Assembly (NCBI GenBank): GCA_964016885.1
Contig: OZ024745.1
Coordinates: forward strand, 130,200,001 to 130,264,000
Direction: 5' to 3'
DNA from: Eledone cirrhosa
Taxonomy: Eukaryota
Length of the DNA: 64,000 bases
Made by a program: the position numbers and the translations under genes. Under the pieces are notes generated by a model, which saw only the letters and a list, made by a program, of their open reading frames with translations, did no database searches and had not been told where the DNA came from. This document shows, one piece after another, positions 1-15,322 of the stretch (within the stretch, counting starts at the first letter, position 1; the number at the start of each line of letters is the position of its first letter).

Positions 1-327
1 GCAACAACATTTCAGAGAAATATCCGTGATACAAAATAAATAGGAATAGACACATAATGGCGCCAGTCATATTATAGTTGACAATTATTCGTCTTCGTCT
101 CCCCTTCAAGCCATTGTATGCCCAGGCATTATTTGACAGGTAAGAAATGTCGGCTGCCTGATTGAAGTATTTTGTTAGCCTGAGCTTGCTTACGTATCAA
201 ACAATGGCCGTTGTTCACATAGGCACCTCTAAAAAGAAATGAGGGGGAAATTAGTATAAACGTAAAAACATACTTACTACCTCGTATACAAATATTTATA
301 CTTAAATACATGTCTAATGTCTATATC

Positions 328-364
<37 letters not shown>

Positions 365-406
365 GAGTGAGAGAGAATGCGCCTGGGATTTTACTGCTCT
401 CACTCT

Positions 407-462
<56 letters not shown>

Positions 463-619
463 ATGTGTGTGTGTATGTGTGTGTGTGTGTGTGTGTGTGT
501 AAATACATGAGTATATATATATATGCATACATGCATACACACGTAGAACCGCAGACACGCACGCACATAAGGTGATTTGAACTATAATATCTGTTTGGGT
601 TATTCTATCTATCTATCTC

Positions 620-667
<48 letters not shown>

Positions 668-859
668 TGTTTGTGTGTGTGTGAGAGAGAGAGGGTGTAA
701 GTATAAATGACGAGGCGCTCAAGGCACGCGTTGAGAAGACTAGATTTTCAGCGTTTCTAGTCCACCCCAGGTTTGAAACACAATCATGCCATCTATACAT
801 ATATTAATTGTTTGTATTTGACCTCTGTGTCGTACAATTTTCGTAATAATTTGTTAGGT

Positions 860-1450
860 GTGGGGAAAGCACAGACGGCAATCTTATTCATCATAAGATT
901 GGGAGAACGAAGAGAAAAGTAGAACAATTTGATGGCTATCTTTACAATAGCTTTATTGTTGTCGGTAGTTACACCGAAGTCTTTATGTGGTTGGTATTTC
1001 TCAATTGAAGAGTATTTGGTAACTTACATAAATATTTTTTGCCAAAATGGATTGGATCAAATCTATCCTCGTATAGAACCATATTGTATCTTTTCCCTCC
1101 CGCCCAAATCTATCGAGGGCATGTACGGTTTTTCACATTATTGATGTCTTTCAGAATCTTAGTACCATCTGGAAGTTTCTTATTTTGCTGTGCATGATAA
1201 CGTCTATATTATTATTATTATGAATATTGAAAAAAGGGACTGGGTCCAACAAAATGCCATGTAGGACATCATTAATGATATTTGCTGAGCCTAAACTTAA
1301 TTATTTGACCACAACATGCTGGTTTCTTTTAAGCAGGAAATACACAATCTCCCAAGATAGATCCACCTTCATTACAAGGTGGACAATTTCTTTAACACAA
1401 CGCTGTGTTCGGCTCTGTCAAAGGTTTTTCTGAAATCAAGGCATGACATA
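860..1450 (-). pseudogene. Degraded CR1/L2-type LINE reverse transcriptase fragment
   Basis: Minus translation CLDFRKTFDRAEHSVVLKKL resembles LDFxKAFDxVxHxxLLxKL. After a frameshift, DVLHGILLDPVPFF resembles GVPQGSVLGPLLF. Stops and frameshifts present. Confidence 0.7.
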
Positions 1451-1671
1451 TGAATTGGAATGACATTAATGAGGTACAGAAAATGTATTAATTGGTACCT
1501 GCCAACGCGACAGCCATACCGACTGCCATGTTGATAGCTGCGTTCGAGAAAGCGACATTTTCTCGGCACCACCGCCCTCCGATGATAATTGGTGACATGA
1601 CTATGTATATGTACATATATATATATATATATAAAAATATGTATTTATATATATATATATATAAAAATATG

Positions 1672-1734
<63 letters not shown>

Positions 1735-1805
1735 CCCACTCTACTACCCTAAGTATTGAGTACTTTGGTGCGTTATGGTTCCTTACCACATTTCGTTCGT
1801 TATAT

Positions 1806-1887
<82 letters not shown>

Positions 1888-1895
1888 TCATGAAT

Positions 1896-1926
<31 letters not shown>

Positions 1927-1974
1927 AATAAATAAGTCGGACATGTGAATTTGGCTTCGTTTATTATAAATTCT

Positions 1975-2027
1975 CTGCTATATATATTTCGCTGACAACT
2001 ATTATTGGATGTGGCCTCTTCAGTCAG
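1975..2027 (-). ncRNA. Hammerhead ribozyme-like motif (type I, weak stem I) in a PLE end fragment
   Basis: Minus strand reads ctga-CTGAAGA-ggcc...cagc-GAAA-tatata-TA-gcag; same layout as the motif at 23861-23916. Confidence 0.55.
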
Positions 2028-2156
2028 TACGAATTAATGTGGAAAGGACAGGTAAATATGTTGTTGAAATGTGTTCCACTCCGTCAATACATCGATATGT
2101 CCAGCTCCTGGGGGTGTTGTTAGTCCTCCGAGGAACTGGAATATACTCAAGATATA

Positions 2157-2224
<68 letters not shown>

Positions 2225-2228
<4 letters not shown>

Positions 2229-2566
2229 GTGAAATAAGATAACAAGGACGTTTAGTTACACCTTCATTACGTTTTTTTGGTTGGGGACGCGCGTTTCGCC
2301 ACTGATCAGCTCATGGTTCGATCTGTATCGATCTGATCTGACTCTGTAAGTCAGGTTAGATCGATTCAGATTGAACCTTGAGCTGATCAGTGGCGAAACG
2401 CACGTCACCAACCAATAAACGTAATGAAGGAGCAACCAATCATCCTTGTTATCTTATTTCACTATAATACACTCTGTCTAGCTCTACAACTCGATACTGA
2501 AGTGAACCTAAACATCGAGTTCTCACCTGGGTGAACTTACAGTAACTCCAAGTTACATTCCCTGGA
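2225..2566 (+). mobile_element. Family A palindrome-plus-tail PLE-derived insert in (TA)n
   Basis: Imperfect inverted repeat 2225-2466 followed by a ~100-bp tail ending ...gttacattccctgga; tail shared with copies at 25789, 26866 and 63595. Confidence 0.85.
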
Positions 2567-3414
2567 TATATATATTTGTGTGTGTGTGGGGGGGGGGGTC
2601 CTGTCTGTGCGTGTGTGTGTGTCCGTGCGTGTGTGAGGGTGTTTTATATATATATATATATATATTTCCTCCGCACCATTCTAGGGATCTTACATCACTG
2701 GTCCTAGGCTCTCTCTATACCCAGACTTTTTCAACATCTGTCCATACACTCACCGAGAAAACGTTCAGGAACACACACATGACACAAACACTTACTCTAT
2801 TTTCGCACACACGCAACCATACATTCTCACGCATCCACACCACACAAAAACAAACTCACACGTACGTATCCTCACATACACCTACGCAGCCTCCGAACTC
2901 CGCACGCCGCCTCTCCAATACCCCCTCCGACCCTTTCCATCCACACTGACTTACACCCACCCCATGTACACACTGGTTTTCCTATTACCCGAACATGGAA
3001 CCTCGTTCTTCTGCAAACTTTCACGCACACATCCACACATACACACACACACGTACACCTACACACATACACACACAACACCTTCCACCCGCCCCCCTCG
3101 GAAGCCTGTTTCCTTCTCCCCTCTCCCCCTCCATCCAGCCATCACCACTTCTACACGCCTCAAACCCTTTCACCACTTGTTTTCATTTTAATGTTTTCCT
3201 CATTGTAATGTATTCATTCCTTTTAATTACCCCTCCCCACATTTTAATGTCTTTCCACCACTTCCCCTCACGCCCTCGGAACTTTTTTCCTTCCCACTTG
3301 TCTCCTTGCCCGAAACGCCCCTCCCCCCCCCCTTTGCTTTCAAGCGTGAACGTAATACCAACACTGTTTGTACTGCACTCTTCGTTATTGTTTTTGTTTT
3401 TTTTGTTTTCTACT

Positions 3415-3442
<28 letters not shown>

Positions 3443-3447
<5 letters not shown>

Positions 3448-3819
3448 CTTAGAGTTTAGACTCAGAGAGGTCATTTACAATCATTTCAGCTCTAGGAATC
3501 GCTTCTGAGCAGTATAAATTAATATTTGATGAACATTTACATGTTATAGTTGCAATTGACTAATAAGATCGCTAGAGTGAAAAATCTTAATTCAACAACA
3601 TAAGGTCAGCCTGTACGATCTAGAAAATAATAAATCAATACTCACAGACTCATATGGGCAAAAAGCCTTGAAGGCTTTTTGCCCATATGAGTATTGATTT
3701 ATTATTTTCTAGATCGTACAGGCTGACCTTATGTTGTTGAATTAAGATTTTTCACTCTAGCGATCTTATTAGTCAATTGCAACTATAACATGTAAATGTT
3801 CATCAAATATTAATTTATA
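3443..3819 (-). mobile_element. Palindrome-plus-tail insert in (TA)n
   Basis: Near-perfect ~150-bp-arm palindrome 3513-3819 centred at 3670 (aaaagcctt-g-aaggctttt), with an 8-nt indel in the left arm; unique tail 3443-3512; (TA)n on both sides. Confidence 0.75.
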
Positions 3820-3835
3820 TATATATATATATATA

Positions 3836-4397
3836 TCATATGTAACATATTTGCAACCACGCAGCACGCCATGTTTTCATATTTTTCATATATATATTTT
3901 CCTCCGCTGTGACCCGTCTGTTTCTTTCTTACTGCTTCTCCTTTTCTCTGTATCTCTCACTTCCTTTTACCCCTTCTACCAGTCACTCTCTCTGTTAGCC
4001 TCTTCCTCACACATTCACTCACTCACTCTCTGCTACTCCCTCTCCTACTTCCTCCCGTTTGACCTGTGCGAAATTCTTTCCTCACTCACATTTCGACCAG
4101 GTCTCTCTCGTCTACGATTTCACAGAACTTATGTTCATCGATTTCAGGGACTTGACTCCTTCTTCTTCATTTTTCGTTGCATTAGAATCTTTGTTTATTT
4201 ACTGTCTCGCACGTTCCCCCTATTTACGTGTCCCAACGACTTTCTTTAGCCGTTTCTCGCACCAACCAGAGGTATATGGTCTTTAAAGCGATGAAATATC
4301 AATGAAGGCTGGAAGATCACTTATGAAGGACTAAATTTATTCATATGTAACCCATTTGCACCACGCAACACGCCATGTTTTCATATTTTTCATATAT
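3836..4397 (+). mobile_element. Insert bounded by ~58-bp direct repeats (partial tandem pseudo-LTR-like)
   Basis: tcatatgtaac..tttgca..cacgcc-atgttttcatatttttcata occurs at ~3836 and ~4341, each running into (TA)n. Confidence 0.5.
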
Positions 4398-4403
4398 ATA
4401 TAT

Positions 4404-4760
4404 ATATTGTTATACTTTGGGAGTGTCATGTTGCCAATAAGAAACACACGCACCAGTTGCTTTCACTTCAATTTATTATAATAAATTTATAAATTTATGA
4501 ATTTATAAATTTACGGTTGGTTGGTTCCACAACCAGATGGTTGTTTATATATATATAAACAACCATCTGGTTGTGGAACCAACCAACCAACCGGAAATTT
4601 ATAAATTCCTAAATTTATAAATTTATTATAATAAATTGAAGTGAAAGCAACTGGTGCGTGTGTTTCTTATTGGCAACATGACCCTCCCAAAGTATAACAA
4701 TATCGGTTTCAACACACGTTTTCAGATAAAGAATCTTGCTAAACAAATTCAGAAACGAAA
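4404..4760 (+). mobile_element. Family C palindrome-plus-tail insert
   Basis: Inverted repeat 4404-4703 centred on a TA run near 4552, plus tail gtttcaacacacgttttcagata...; homologous to 47494-47943. Confidence 0.85.
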
Positions 4761-6909
4761 TATATATATATATATATAGGTGATTGCGTCCTTTGAATCA
4801 AAAATGAAATTATATTCACCTGTCTCTAGAACAAACAAAGCCAGTCATATATGGCAACAATATGTTTCAGACAATGATGACAAACAAAAAAATGATAATA
4901 AATGAAACTATCCTTTCGTGACTTATGTGCCTTTTATAAAATTCATGAAAATGTCCTCAAAGAACTGAACAGCTCTGTTGAGTGCTGAGCGAGATATGTA
5001 CAATTTAAATAGACAAAAGAAACACTTTATATTGCAAAAATAAAAATCTGCTCTCAGCATATTGGAAAAAGTACTTTTAAACCCGTTTAGTAATTTAATG
5101 TTCCAAACTGATTTCTCATTTATAACAGAAAGCAGCAAAACCTCTTAAAACAGGAAATGTAATGACTATTTTTTCCGATACTTGAAACTTAGCCAGCATT
5201 CAAATGAATACGACTAGTTTACAGGAAATAGTGCGTAGATACTGCATTATTAAATTTTTCATTAGTGCCCCATTTTTCACTTAGAAGCATTTTTTCGGAA
5301 TGACTTTATATGTAATAAAATGAAACCTGAATGTGGAGGGGGTATTTTACTGATTTCAACGCAGTCTGTTTTGTTATATTTCTCGATCAATCTTCATAAA
5401 TATTTCACGGATACCTGAAGGAAGCGACACTGATGATATGTAAATAGAAATCTTGAAATATTAAATTATTTTCACCATGGCTTTGGTATATAGTATTTGG
5501 CTGATGCCAATTGTCAATAATCATCAAAGACTTGAAAGGAACAAAACACTTTCTACGAGGCATCAAATTAACGCATGACTTTATTTATTTATTTATATTT
5601 ATTTAGTTATATATTGGGTATTGATGATGTATGTATGGTGTTAAAAATATAAAGTATAAATCGTATATATTTTATATTCTAAATTATTTATATTTACATT
5701 TTAAACCTATTATGCGACAAAATAATGTTTGGATTTCTGCTGCATCTAAACCTAAATAACATTGGAAAAACTAAAATGATTCAAGTACATAGAGAGATCT
5801 CTCACACAGGTATTTCTTCCACGTGCTAAAACAAAATATATATCATTCAATTTCAAATTTTCGAAGCAGAAGTGTAACGTGAATCTGTGATATTATGCTG
5901 TTCATCATCATCATCATCATTATCATCATCACCATCATCATCATTATCATCATCAGCAGCATCACCATCATCATCATTATCATCATCTTTTAACATCCAC
6001 TTTCCAGGCTAGCATGGGTTAGACTATGTTGCGTATGTCAATCGCCAGCTTGTTTGGACCTAAGCGATCCAGCCACGCCGATCTTGGTTTAGGCTACCAT
6101 ATAATTCTGCATATCTTACATATCTTCTGTTCTATAACGATAGATTGTAATTTAAGAAAACAAATTGACTATTATTTCTATCAGGATGATTACTGGCGTT
6201 ATGATTGCCATGTTGCCGATATACACAGACCTTTTCGTGTTAGGTAAAATGTTTTGTATAGAAACTAATAGAGGGTAGTGGAGCAGATTTTATTTCGTTA
6301 TATATTCATACATATGTTTTTGAATACATGCTGGGCTATAGAGAGACGAGCGTTGGTTTCTGGTGGGTGATTCTGTGTTTACTAATGACATAGTTTGGTC
6401 TTTACGAAAACCCAAATTGGCTTGGCAGGAAGTAGTTATTTTATGCCAGGTGGAAAGATATATAGATACCTGCCTATATCTATGATTGCACGTACATCAT
6501 TATGCATCATGATTATAAAAACATACGCCCTTTCTTTATATTTAAAATTCATTCTAGCTTCAGGAAATATTTGCTTGAATCACTGTACTTTTTATAGGTA
6601 AGTAAAATGAATTTTGAATCAAGATTACAATATCCTATTTCATACTTTGAACACTGGAAGTATTTTGTATGTAGAAACGTCTCGATATATAATAGCAAAA
6701 TAGCAGATACTTAAATGACTGCGCTCATCAATTAATCAATATTAAAAATACATAATTAACTTAAGTAACTTCAACATTTCCGCTATCACAAAATTCGGAA
6801 TAACGCTAACATGTTCTTATGTAACGGTAACACACAACATGACCATGGAAACACTATTTTTCTAGTCCTTTCAATTTTCAGGGGCTTGCACACATTAATT
6901 CTGTATCAA

Positions 6910-7739
6910 TCAGTTCCTCTTGCGAAGGAAACATTTCAAGATCATGAACAGTATCCCCATCGAATATAACCAATATGCCTCAAAATGTGTTTAAAACTAT
7001 CGAAAATCAGCATTACTAAATATTCATGCATGAACAAAAATCTAACATTTGTAGAAGAGTATTTTAAAATTTCTAGGCAGATAACATTCATCCCCCAAAA
7101 GACACCTTTTTTGCGAAGGACCTTCTAATTTAGAATGACATTGACAAAGAAGAATGAAGTAGTCAAGATAGGAAAAAGAAGCTGACTACATTAATTAAAA
7201 TGAAAAAAAAAAACACGTCGATCTCATTCAGAAACATATTAAATTAAACTAACTTGTTTCTAGTTATAGATTGTGTAAGCATATTTCTATATTTTAATTT
7301 ATTTTTGTAATTATCTACATGACGTGATTAAGAGAGACAAACAATGTGACCAGTTCCTGCTCAGCATTGTAAACTGTGGGACCAAACACTGTGACAATTG
7401 GAGCTCACAAAAGGTAAGTAACTCATCAATATATAACGATATTTTCTACGGTTCCAAAATCATTGCGTCGGATACAAATTTCGTGCTGTCCTTCACCTTA
7501 ATACTCTTGTGATGATACCTGCATTATGATCATGTTCATTTTCTAATTAAATATTATCTTCGAACTGCCACAAGCAAAGCAATTTTTTCAAACAGTATAT
7601 CATTATCTGGAAACCTGCTGTGTCAGTTCGTACTGCGAAGGAAACATTTCAAAATCATCAAAAGTAGCCTAATCAAATAAAACCTATATGCCTCAAATCG
7701 TGTTCAAACCTATTAAAAACAGCATTACTAAATATTTAT
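6910..7739 (+). repeat. Diverged ~120-bp direct duplication (6910-7028 and 7623-7739)
   Basis: Both copies contain tgcgaaggaaacatttcaa..atcat, atatgcctcaaa and cagcattactaaatatt. Confidence 0.75.
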
Positions 7740-8359
7740 CATAATTCTGTTTTGTTTAAATTTTGGGGTTAATATAACATTTGGATACAATGTTCTGACA
7801 ATATAGTCGGTGAAACATATTTCTGATACACCTAAGATTTCCATATACATAACTCAACTGACACAACTGTACCCAATATAAAACCCAGCATCAAATGATA
7901 GTGCCACTATCAAAGTCACTAAAATGGTATCTGAATATTTGTGCTTTCCCTAAGCGGTTTGTTACACGATACTTCAATAATCTTTGAAAAATATTATATC
8001 CATGATAATAAAAATAAATTTCGGCTAATCAAGAAATAACGGTATTTGTAAAAGAATATTAATAATCTCCTATATGATGCTTATGGCAAAATATGATGTT
8101 TATACTAAATATAGGAATCAAAATCCCTGCCCATTAACCAATCGATTTTTGTTTCTGTGTTCTAGGAACAGAATTTATTGACGATGGTATTTATTGACAG
8201 CTGCATCAACGATTAAAAATAGCAGATAAATCCAGGACAATTGACAGAGAAAATGGCCAGTGTGAATTGGGTGAAGGAGGAACCACAGCTGGTCGCATGT
8301 CATTTCACCCAACATGTTCAACTTCAGATAAAGATAAGGCTAATTAATCGAATCTGCAT

Positions 8360-8795
8360 GGTGGATTGGCAGTATCGGTAGAGGGTCGGACGCCACGCTA
8401 GGGTGGTGGATTGGCAGTATCGGTAGAGGGTCGGACGCCACGCGCATAGACTTACTGCTCTTGCCATTTCTGAGTTCAAATCCCACCGAGGTTAACTTTG
8501 CCTTTCATGGTTACAGGATCGATAAAATAAAGTACCAGTAATGTACTGGATAATTTGCTGGCCTTGTGCAAAAAGTAGAAACAATTATTTCATCGGTAGG
8601 TGGTCGGAGGCTATGCTTTGCAGCATAGAATGACGGCCTTTTATGACCCGAGTTCAAATCCCGCCGAGGTTAACTTTGCCTTTCATTCTTACGGGTTCGA
8701 TAAAATAAAGTACCAGTAATGCATTGGAGTCAATTTGATTGACTTTCCCCTCCTCCCTAATTGCTGGCCTTGTGCCTATATAAGAAACGATTATT
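8360..8795 (+). mobile_element. Two tandem tRNA-derived SINE copies (cephalopod-type), first with a duplicated head
   Basis: B-box-like gagttcaaatccc followed by gaggttaactttgcctttcat...gataaaataaagtaccagt...gctggccttgtgc; head ggtggattggcagtatcggtagagggtcggacgccacgc occurs twice. Confidence 0.85.
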
Positions 8796-8964
8796 ACTCA
8801 ATTGTCTATTTTATACATGTTTCTCGCATCTCTCTTATTAGGATCAGAAATTTCTTACCGAATATGTTTCTCTGGTGATGTTATGAAAACGTCTCCCTTA
8901 TGAAAACGATTGTAATATGTCTAATAAATTGTATTCGTCGCACCACTGATTCTCCGTTTCTTAT

Positions 8965-9028
<64 letters not shown>

Positions 9029-12000
9029 TGTATGCATGTGTACGTGTATTTAGTTTTTTCATACAGCACGCACAAACAATATACATTAATATTCTGGTAA
9101 AAATGTCATCCGCTTTTTGTTGTTTATTTTTTCTGGTGTTATCTTTTGCTTATAGTTTTTGGAAAAAATGATTCAACAAAACAAAATGGGTTTGAGATAG
9201 AGAAGAAGGAAAACAATAGTAAACAATGAACTAAAATCTCTCGCTAAATTCGCCATTACTCTGGAGACGTATTCATCTTTCGATATTCTTACTAATAAAC
9301 ATAGCAAAAGGAAACAGTTAATGGTTCGGTGTACTGAAGAATAGACACCTTGCTTTTCTGGTTATTGTTTGATAGGAAATATCTTGTAGATATTTTCTGT
9401 AATGTTTCTGTAAATAATAGCTTTAGATGCATCCATTTTGAGAAGAAAAAAATGTTCATGTAAAAAGATTATTCGATACAGAGGTATTCATTCATTTTTA
9501 CCATTAAATCAAACCGTCTTGTAAAAGAAGATAAATAGCGTTCAGATTCTTATTCCATCAATGGTTTTCATATTTAATCATATTTTCTTTGTTTTCCTAT
9601 CTCTCTTCTCTGTTCTACCTTTCAACATTTCTTCCGCTGAAATCTCAGATTTCTGTTTCATTCTTTTTTCTTCCCTTGTTCCTTCTTCTCACTCTCTCTC
9701 ATTCCATCTCTTTCGTTATATACATACGTATATATATATATATTTAAATTTTACATTTTTTTTCCTATCTCCCCCGTGATCTTCCGTCCTTATATATTCA
9801 TTCGTTCTTTTACTCTCTCTCAATCTAGATATTTATCATTTTGTAATATATTTTTCTAGCATTTATTGTTCCAAATTTCTAAACGAATGTTCTTACTATC
9901 TTTCTTTGGTCTCTTCGTGCATTTCTCTCTCATGATATAACTCAAATACACCAAAGTAATTCTTGATTATTGGAAACTGAATGCAGCATTACAGACGGAG
10001 AAAGCTGACGGATCAACTTTATTTAGGTGAAAACTGAAGAAATGCCACGCCTGATATACTGTGTATATCGGGTGTGGCATTTTTTCAGGTATATTTGAAA
10101 GAAACACATGACGTAGCCATGTGTTCTTTGATTCGGAGTGTATTTGCAATATATGAGCTACAACAGACTCTGCAAGTGACCATATAAGCCATGAATATCT
10201 CATGCACATTTCTACGGTGTTGGCGGCACAGTTAGAAATTTGCATAAAATTGTTGAAGTGTGTGGGTCGGGATTTGTAGAGCAGTCCTTTCGGAGAGGAT
10301 CCCTAGTGCGCCAGTTATATTTTGAAACCCATCCAACGGATAATCTATGATATATCACTGAGGAATCTCTCATTGAACTGCGGTAGATTTTGGTAGCAAA
10401 TGTTATTCCTAATTGTGCGTTTCTTTCTTCTCTCTGGAGGTGGTTTGACATATCGATATTTGGTGAGCGATGTTGGGTAGCCACTTTAGCCCTGTAGAGA
10501 AGGATCGAACAGTGGTGCTGAAACAGGTCTTCGAAAGAATTCTTCCTGAATAATTTGGTACATATTGACACCTTCTCTGTGATTCTTTACAAACAGACAT
10601 GCTTTGCCAAAGAAATGTTTTGTTTTTTCCCGTTTCTTCTTCTTCTTACTTATTTATACATACATAATGTATTATACTATGTTATAACATATTACATATC
10701 ATATTACATTATATATTATTTGTATGCCTATTACCTCATCTATTGATATATTTCCTTTTATACATAGTACAATGTGTCTATTGTTATGTACCTAATTACT
10801 CTAATTATATAAATGATAAGCATATTTTACCTTATTTCATTTTATATACATCCGTATATTATCCACTTTCTTTCTTCTTGTATATTCACTTAGACATATG
10901 CCTTAACACTATATATATATATAATACTTCTACATATCTTCGTTTCCTCTGAAATATTACATGCCTTTCCAATAAAAGATTCCATACCACCTTTCATTGT
11001 TTGTTCGTATTCAAATAATACCCTATTCATCTGCTTGTCTTACCCTATTTCCTGTTCCATTTAGAAAGCTGTATATAATAGTCTAAATATATTTATTTTA
11101 TTAATCAAATTTATATACTTAACCATGTATTTGTAGGCCAAACATACTCATAATGAATTTGTCATATCCAGAAATATTGATTGTATTAATTATTTGAATA
11201 ATTCATTTAATTCTTATTTCATCCCGTATCGAACACATCATTTATAATTAAATTCATGCAAATACCTTTGAACCTTGATGTAAATGTTTGTCCTTTTAAG
11301 TTATTAACACAAAATAAATAGTTACTTCCTTTAATCAGAAACACAACATCCCTAAATTTAATTTAGTTAATTATTCATTTGTTTATAGAAAATAACGTTA
11401 ATTAGTTTTAGTATCTTCAAACAACGTTGTTTAAAATTTATTTTATACATAAATCTTTTAACTTTTCCATATATGGTATGGTTTTCCCTTCTATATATTA
11501 CATTACTTAGCCTATTTCCTATGATATTAATAGGCTTATATTCATAAATTATTTGCAGCTTATTATTCCCTATATAAATGAAGATATTGCAACGTAAAAG
11601 AGGGAAATTAGTAAAGATATAGAATGTGAGATATAAAATTGAAAGGAGCAAAGTATATTCGTGCAACATTCTATCGATTTCTATCAACATGGAAATCTCC
11701 TGCAAGATTATCCTAAACCTTGAGATGCTTTTACTCCCTGATATCATTCAATCATTCAATCATTCAAGTCATAGTTGAATCCTTTTTGACTGTCCGTCAA
11801 AATAACTAATGATTTATTGCGAATGGAAATCATCAAAGTTATTTTTCATTCTGCAGATTTCGATGGTTACTTCTCAGCACGAGTTTATATGAAGTGGGTT
11901 CCCGGGAATATATATCAATTTGATATTTGAATTAGTTCCTATAGTAACAATTATAATGGTTGCAATCTAAGGAATGCTACTGAGAATAGAGATAGGCAAT

Positions 12001-12602
12001 TGAGTTCTATGAAGATCTTCAATACAGATAAATGAAGTATTGGCATAGATATGATATTCTCTATTTACCCATACTCCATATTCTTCATGCAAGTACTAAG
12101 GATATACAATTTGGTCATGAAAGATATCAGCTATATTTAGCTTACGAAAGGCAAGTCACAGTGACTGATCTCACATCCCACTCCAATTGAGAACAATATA
12201 GCAACCTCAAATTAGCATCAGAATATATGAATTACTTGTTCGTCTAAGGAAGGAGCCCCGCTAGGTTGGGTGGCTGCTGCAGTGAGTATATCTGGCCATT
12301 GTCCGTTGAAATGCATTTGCAGTTTTGTCAATAGAGTGCAGCCCAAACACCACCGCGGACTTGGGCCCAGAGCCTATCTCCCACCCTCTCCTTTTCTTCT
12401 GTGGCCCTACAGTCATTGTTCTTTCCCTCTTTTTCCTCTCATTTATGTTATTTATAGTCCTGTCCTCTAATTTTCCAGAGCGGCCCTCTTTTCCCCTTCC
12501 ACTTTTCCTGATTACTTAATTTTTGCTTTTATCTTTGTTTTTCATATTTATGTAATCATTAATGGATTTTACGCCAACTTTGTGAAAATTTGTATTAAAC
12601 AG

Positions 12603-12685
12603 GCCTGCTTAACAATAGAGATTATATTGCGAAGTCAAGTAATTTCTTGTAATTTCTCAATAGAATCTCTATTGTAGAGCAGGCT
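12603..12685. repeat. Short imperfect hairpin (MITE-like)
   Basis: gcctgcttaacaatagagattatattgcgaa pairs imperfectly with ttctcaatagaatctctattgtagagcaggc. Confidence 0.55.
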
Positions 12686-12926
12686 ACTATACCCTGTGTA
12701 ATAAATCAACTTAGATTAATAATTCTAATTCTGATTAAAAGGAAAACTAATAACAAATTCCGAATGAAATAGTCAGATCTTTATTTCTTTGCATATTATC
12801 CATTCTGGGTTTGTGTAACAAAGTAATAATATAATACTATGCTTAATTTAATCCGGGACCCACTAATGTAAACCTGCGCCTATGTTAGAAATCATGTTTA
12901 CGTTTCCTCGTTTAGTATAAGTTTAA

Positions 12927-13146
12927 CCCTCTAGTGTTCAAACCGGCCAAAACCGGCCAGAATTCTCTACCTCTTTCTGTTGAAACTGGCTGTAGCTTGT
13001 CGCTCAAACTGATGTTAAGGTATTGTTCTCAAAATAAATACTTTCAATATATCATAGATTCGATATTATGTGAGATAATTATGTGAGGTAAAACCTTTAC
13101 CATGAAAATATAATAGTAAATATAAAATAATGTGAATGCTAAAGGG
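12927..13146. mobile_element. piggyBac-like MITE with TTAA target duplication
   Basis: ttaa|ccctctagtgttca ... tgaatgctaaaggg|ttaa: imperfect 14-bp TIRs beginning CCCT, flanked by TTAA. Confidence 0.75.
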
Positions 13147-13726
13147 TTAAGTGAGAAATATTCGAACCTGAAACTAGGATCCATTCAGCAATGCTTACAC
13201 AGGATTAATAATATTTTGCAGATAATAAGCAAACTCGTTACCTTCTTCAATAAATCTTGATTCTGTAATTCTAGAGTGTAACCAGCAAATAGGTTTTATT
13301 TTCCTACTTTTTACACAAGAAAAGAAAATAGGAAAAACATACATTCTAAATCAGATGCTAACAAAATAATATAAATTACAAAATAAGATATATATTATAA
13401 TTCTATGACAAACCAACGAGAAGAAACAAACAAACAATATTCATGTGAAACTATATTACTTTTTGTGGTATTTGCTCGTTCATTTCTCATATGTTTCAAT
13501 ATTTTTCTCATGAAAGCGAATCAACGAAAAGATGTGTTAAAATTCTCAGCTGGATAGAAAAACTTGCTTTTGGTTTGAATATATGTTTGTACGTACGTAT
13601 GTATGTATGAATGTATGTATGCATGGTTATATATATGTATGTATGTGCATGTACGTATGTATGTATGTACGTATGTAAGTATGTATGTCAGTATGTATGT
13701 TTGTATCTATCTATATGAATACATAA

Positions 13727-13774
<48 letters not shown>

Positions 13775-13793
13775 ATATGTAGATATATATATT

Positions 13794-13828
<35 letters not shown>

Positions 13829-14135
13829 GTATATGTATACAGAGAGATACGTAAGAAGTGAGAGAAAATAAGTATAAATATATAACAGACTGGAGCATAT
13901 TCTATAGAAAATGAAAAATTCCAGTAATATTGCTTCAGGCGTTCGAACATACAAACACATATTACAGACAAATATGAATAAACAAAGATAAATACACAAA
14001 TACGCGAAAAATATAAATATAAAACGATGGACACATAATATCAAATGTAAACTGTACGGTGAAATGCAGATCTATGTATAATTATATATGTATATGTTGT
14101 GTGTGTATGAGTATGTGCGTCTGTATAAATATATT

Positions 14136-14222
<87 letters not shown>

Positions 14223-14338
14223 GTAAACATATTGATATAAATATGTGTGCATTCATGTATGTATATATATATATATATATATACAGCATGTATATATATA
14301 TACAGTATGTATATATATATATACATACATACATACAC

Positions 14339-14387
<49 letters not shown>

Positions 14388-14996
14388 TACATATATTTAT
14401 ATATATATATATACTTATGTATATATAATAGACACATATATAAATAGGTAGATAGATTTATTTAGTTATTTGCGTATATATATATATATATATCGAGAGA
14501 GAGAGAGGGAGATGGAGGGAGTGAGAGAGAGATTAAATTAGTTATTTACATGTATATAAATGTAGATTATATGTGTATATTTATACATATGTGTGCGCGA
14601 GTGTGATCGTGGGCGTGGGACCAGAAAGAGATGAAGGGAAAGTGAGTGAAAAAGGCTTATAGGTATATATTAGTTATATAAGAGATATTCATGTAGAAAA
14701 AAGGCGAGAAAATTAGAGGGTGAAAATTACACATATATATATATATGTTTGTGTGTGTGTGTGTGTGTATGTAAAAACATGAGTACATGCATGAAAGAAC
14801 ACGTACTTGAAATCACAAGTATTGACACATTCACTCTTATAAATAAGGTAGAACATTTGGTGTAAAATACTGAATGTACATGCATTCACAATCGCACACA
14901 CACGCATACACACACACTCACACACACACACGCACACTCACTCACACACATATACATGCACACACACACACACACATACATATATTTATATATATA

Positions 14997-15064
<68 letters not shown>

Positions 15065-15322
15065 TTATAAATGCATTTATGTCTGCAGGTAAGTGTACAT
15101 TCGTATTTCTTTATGATTGTCATTAAGCGAATCTGTGTTAATCCCCAGAGTCATGTATATATGAGCATATACCAGATGTGTACGTCATATAAATATACAC
15201 AAGTCTCGCTTTCAGTGTTTAATGGTGTGATCATGTCACAGCTAAGTTACACTTTTCTATAATATATCAGGCTACGTTAATGCTTCCGCTAACCAATATT
15301 ATGCTGTAAAGCCTGCAAAATA

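Noticed and set aside
9967-10620. Coding-like segment with overlapping minus ORFs
   Set aside because: No recognisable motif or consistent frame; cannot be assigned.
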